Below are positions 62,301 through 64,000 of a stretch of DNA of 64,000 bases, one piece after another; the first letter of the stretch is position 1, and the number at the start of each line of letters is the position of its first letter. The DNA is taken from contig NW_019091356.1 in the NCBI RefSeq assembly GCF_001949145.1, positions 3,950,934 through 4,014,933 on the forward strand. The letters run 5' to 3'. The notes below the pieces were generated by a model that was not told the DNA's origin, did no database searches, and saw nothing but the letters and a program-made list of their open reading frames with translations. The translations under genes were made by a program, and so were the position numbers. Source of the DNA: Acanthaster planci (taxonomy: Eukaryota).

Positions 62301-63923
62301 TCGACATAACTTTGCAATCATGTGGCAGTACATGTGAAATTTTGGGGCTGATGTTAAAGGGGGATTTGGAAAATTGGATGATGGAAATGCATTTTGTGTT
62401 CAAGTTGAAATTTTTCAAGTATGAGAAATAATTTTTTAAATGTAGCAGCTCGTTCTTGAAAAGTTCACTTACTAAATATTGGTAAACCGAAATATCTTCC
62501 AAACATTTTGTTTTCTGGAATTGGTTGGTCCTGAGCCCTCGTTCCTTGCATTTCATTGGATAGAGGTTTTCCACATTATGTAACACAGTGGGAAGGGGCA
62601 TTTCAGGAAGTGTACCATGTTTGTGGAGGCATGTGCCAATGTTGGCAATTTCATGTACTCCAGAATATTGAAAGACTTCAAAGGCGCGCGTGTTTCTGCG
62701 CACATCTGCGTAAATTGAATGCTAGACCGTCAAAAGTCATGTGACTGAAAATCCTGTATCAGTAGTGTCCTTATGTTTTTGGCCATCAGGGTGACCCATC
62801 CGGCTGAAGTCATATTTGGTGAGAAAAAGAGGAAAAATCCAATCAGTGCTGAGAGGACTGGAGCAGTGGATGGGATCGCTGTCAACCTAGTGGCAAACTC
62901 AACAGGGTTGATTCAAAACGGAACCGACGAAGCCAGCATTGGCCCCAAGTTCAAACACATTTATGATGTGAGTGGTAGTTGGCTTTAGTACCTTTTGGAA
63001 ATCCAAGAGAGTGAGATTAAAGATGTTATTGTATTCCTTTCTGTGCATTGCAGTCAAGCTTCATTGCTATCCCTGATCATGATGCCAATAAAACAGTTCC
63101 CATGCACGGCCTAACTTGGTGCCAAGAACTAGTGTAAATGCAGTAGTCTATTTGAGGTATGGCAGACACAAAAGAGGGGGCTATTCAGTTTGGGTGAAAT
63201 CTTTTGTGTTCACTCCAAATTTAATAACCCACTTTAAATAGCGCCCTCTTTTTGTGACTGCCATGCTTCACACTCAATTATGATTACCCCTTTGGTACAG
63301 GTGTCTACATGTGCTACACGATCTCTGTCGATGTTTTGCTGAAGGACGTATGGATTACATTTCTGTTTGAATGCCTCTTGAATTTGACAACATATATATA
63401 TGAAATTTCTGCTGTTTGAAAGAGACCAATGACTTGATTTCCTGCAGGCACGGAACTTGGGCCCCAGCACAATCCCTTACCTGACAACAGTCAACATCAC
63501 CCTTCCTTGGAAGACGAAAGAGGGCGACTGGTTGCTGTACTTCACTCACATTGAGGTGAGGGAGAAGACTTGGGTTGACTTAGGGCACCACTCTATGTTA
63601 GAACCTCTCTTACAATTGCTCGAAATGACGTTTTTCCTGCCACGTTTAGCTTTGCTCTAGAACCGGTCACTACAAGGTTCAAGTGTGATTGGACAAACTT
63701 TCAGAAATGAACAAGTAATGAATCAGGTTGTCATAGCAATGATACATTTCAGGGTGATGGTCGATAACTTCATTGACTTTTATTTTTGTATTTGCAGTTA
63801 GAGGGCACAGGGAGATGTGAATACCAGCACATATTACAACAGCAGCATCAGCAGCTGGAGACGTACCGATCCAGTGAGGTCACCTCCAAGGGGAGCCCCC
63901 TGTCATTTTTTAGCTCGGGAGAG
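35380..63923 (+). CDS. ITGA9: Integrin alpha subunit, alpha-4/alpha-9-like, no alpha-I domain; 3' end lies beyond the window
   Basis: Exons: 35380-35657 (leader, FNLD...DSYFGYSV), 37941-38074, 38485-38597 (DNQWLGVSL), alternative 39844-39967 or 41180-41306, 51290-51424 (CQAGFS), 52439-52531, 53554-53696 (GYAVTSGNF...GAP), 55504-55641 ([15 protein letters not shown]), 56081-56189 (DLNRDGFND), 56607-56701, 56995-57131 (DMDGNSYPD), 57619-57776, 57887-58050, 58730-58879, 59246-59325 ([11 protein letters not shown]), 59894-60038, 60231-60329, 60485-60654, 62790-62967, 63448-63555, 63798-63923. All GT-AG with compatible phases. CGHRW, three cation-binding loops and the blade 4-5 sequence resemble vertebrate alpha-4/alpha-9; the symbol denotes clade resemblance, not tested orthology. 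Confidence 0.93.
36289..36478. mobile_element. MITE, family A (copy 2), integrin alpha intron 1
   Basis: aaagagttccatac...catgaaactctt; internal sequence colinear with 1350-1548. Confidence 0.65.
39759..39816 (+). repeat. 17-bp tandem repeat (about 3.4 copies) in the pyrimidine tract before exon 4A
   Basis: (ctctccttgttcgggtc)x3 + ctctcct. Confidence 0.9.
39844..39967 (+). CDS. Integrin alpha exon 4A (mutually exclusive variant)
   Basis: cccag|GTG...AAC G|gtaagt, 124 nt, phase 0 to 1: [41 protein letters not shown]. Confidence 0.9.
40497..40979. repeat. 12-bp minisatellite between exons 4A and 4B, containing gap 40642-40943
   Basis: Unit ccagtcacaaga on both sides of the N run. Confidence 0.92.
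41180..41306 (+). CDS. Integrin alpha exon 4B (mutually exclusive variant)
   Basis: gatag|ACC...CAT G|gtaagt, 127 nt, phase 0 to 1: [42 protein letters not shown]. Not present in the supplied ORF track. Confidence 0.87.
41775..41911. repeat. 22-bp minisatellite running into gap 41912-42277
   Basis: Unit cagtg(g/c)gtctcctgggaggcca, about 6 visible copies. Confidence 0.92.
44517..44762. mobile_element. Young MITE with 47-bp perfect TIRs
   Basis: ctggggccaatttcatagagctgcttaagcacaaaatttgcttaagc (44517-44563) is the exact reverse complement of 44716-44762. Confidence 0.9.
45447..45639. mobile_element. Degenerate hAT-like MITE (CAG...CTG ends, G-rich and C-rich arms)
   Basis: caggggcgtagcta / tagctcccccactg; a similar right end is seen near 1650-1695. 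Confidence 0.45.
46530..46815 (+). mobile_element. Penelope-like element 3' remnant (pseudogenised GIY-YIG endonuclease C-terminus plus decayed hammerhead motif)
   Basis: [14 protein letters not shown], frameshift, then [15 protein letters not shown]...[19 protein letters not shown], the typical Penelope endonuclease tail; followed by CTGAAGA-stem-GACA at 46782-46811. Confidence 0.75.
51719..51927. mobile_element. MITE, family C (copy 2, internally deleted)
   Basis: Starts gggtaattccagaaattaggggtcca, ends taatttctggaatgaccc; colinear with 28027-28282. Confidence 0.8.
54008..54090. repeat. Short palindromic interspersed repeat, family B (copy 2)
   Basis: gggtttgca...gccatcttgcaggcca...gaactgccctgcaagatg, matching 25411-25517. 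Confidence 0.6.
54280..54563. mobile_element. Degenerate MITE
   Basis: agggttcccac / gcaggaatcctg ends with internal repeated (g)tcatg(g)aa motifs. Confidence 0.35.
55252..55330 (-). mobile_element. tRNA-derived SINE head (degenerate)
   Basis: Minus strand reads ggctccgtcggtggagcacc (A-box-like) ... ggttcagatccc (B-box-like). Confidence 0.55.
55366..55450 (+). mobile_element. tRNA-derived SINE head (degenerate)
   Basis: Decayed A box tatctcccttggttgaaca and perfect B box GGTTCGAATCC at 55418-55428; no clean cloverleaf. Confidence 0.5.
62211..62276. repeat. 10-bp tandem repeat with 20-bp higher-order unit
   Basis: (gaccttggtt gaccttggct)x3 + gacctt. Confidence 0.92.
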
Positions 63924-64000
63924 GTTGGTTAGGTTTCCAGTTTGTTTTTTCTGGTCAAATTTCAAGTTCAGACTTCTTTGTGGTTTCAGAACTAGGCTTA

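Noticed and set aside
62640..62710. LINE-like peptide [10 protein letters not shown]
   Set aside because: Too short to support without flanking reverse transcriptase similarity.

Overview
Intron-rich animal genomic DNA, probably an invertebrate deuterostome such as an echinoderm (inferred from protein similarity and repeat style, not proven), with three N gaps. Four genes were assembled by hand from GT-AG splice sites and reading-frame continuity: the last two exons of EXOG (+, 127-972), a 3-exon PLAC8/cornifelin-family gene (-, 4883-3279), a complete 23-coding-exon integrin beta gene (-, 18753-9589, about 831 aa), and an integrin alpha-4/alpha-9-like gene (+, from 35380, running off the window end). 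The alpha and beta genes are head-to-head. The strongest finding is a pair of duplicated, deeply diverged, same-phase exons in the alpha gene (39844-39967 and 41180-41306). They encode alternative versions of beta-propeller blade 2 and can only be used mutually exclusively. Non-coding DNA holds several MITE families, tRNA-derived SINE heads, a Penelope remnant with a decayed hammerhead motif, minisatellites and a cluster of nuclear-receptor-type half-sites. Comparisons to human proteins and loci are from memory; no database search was run.
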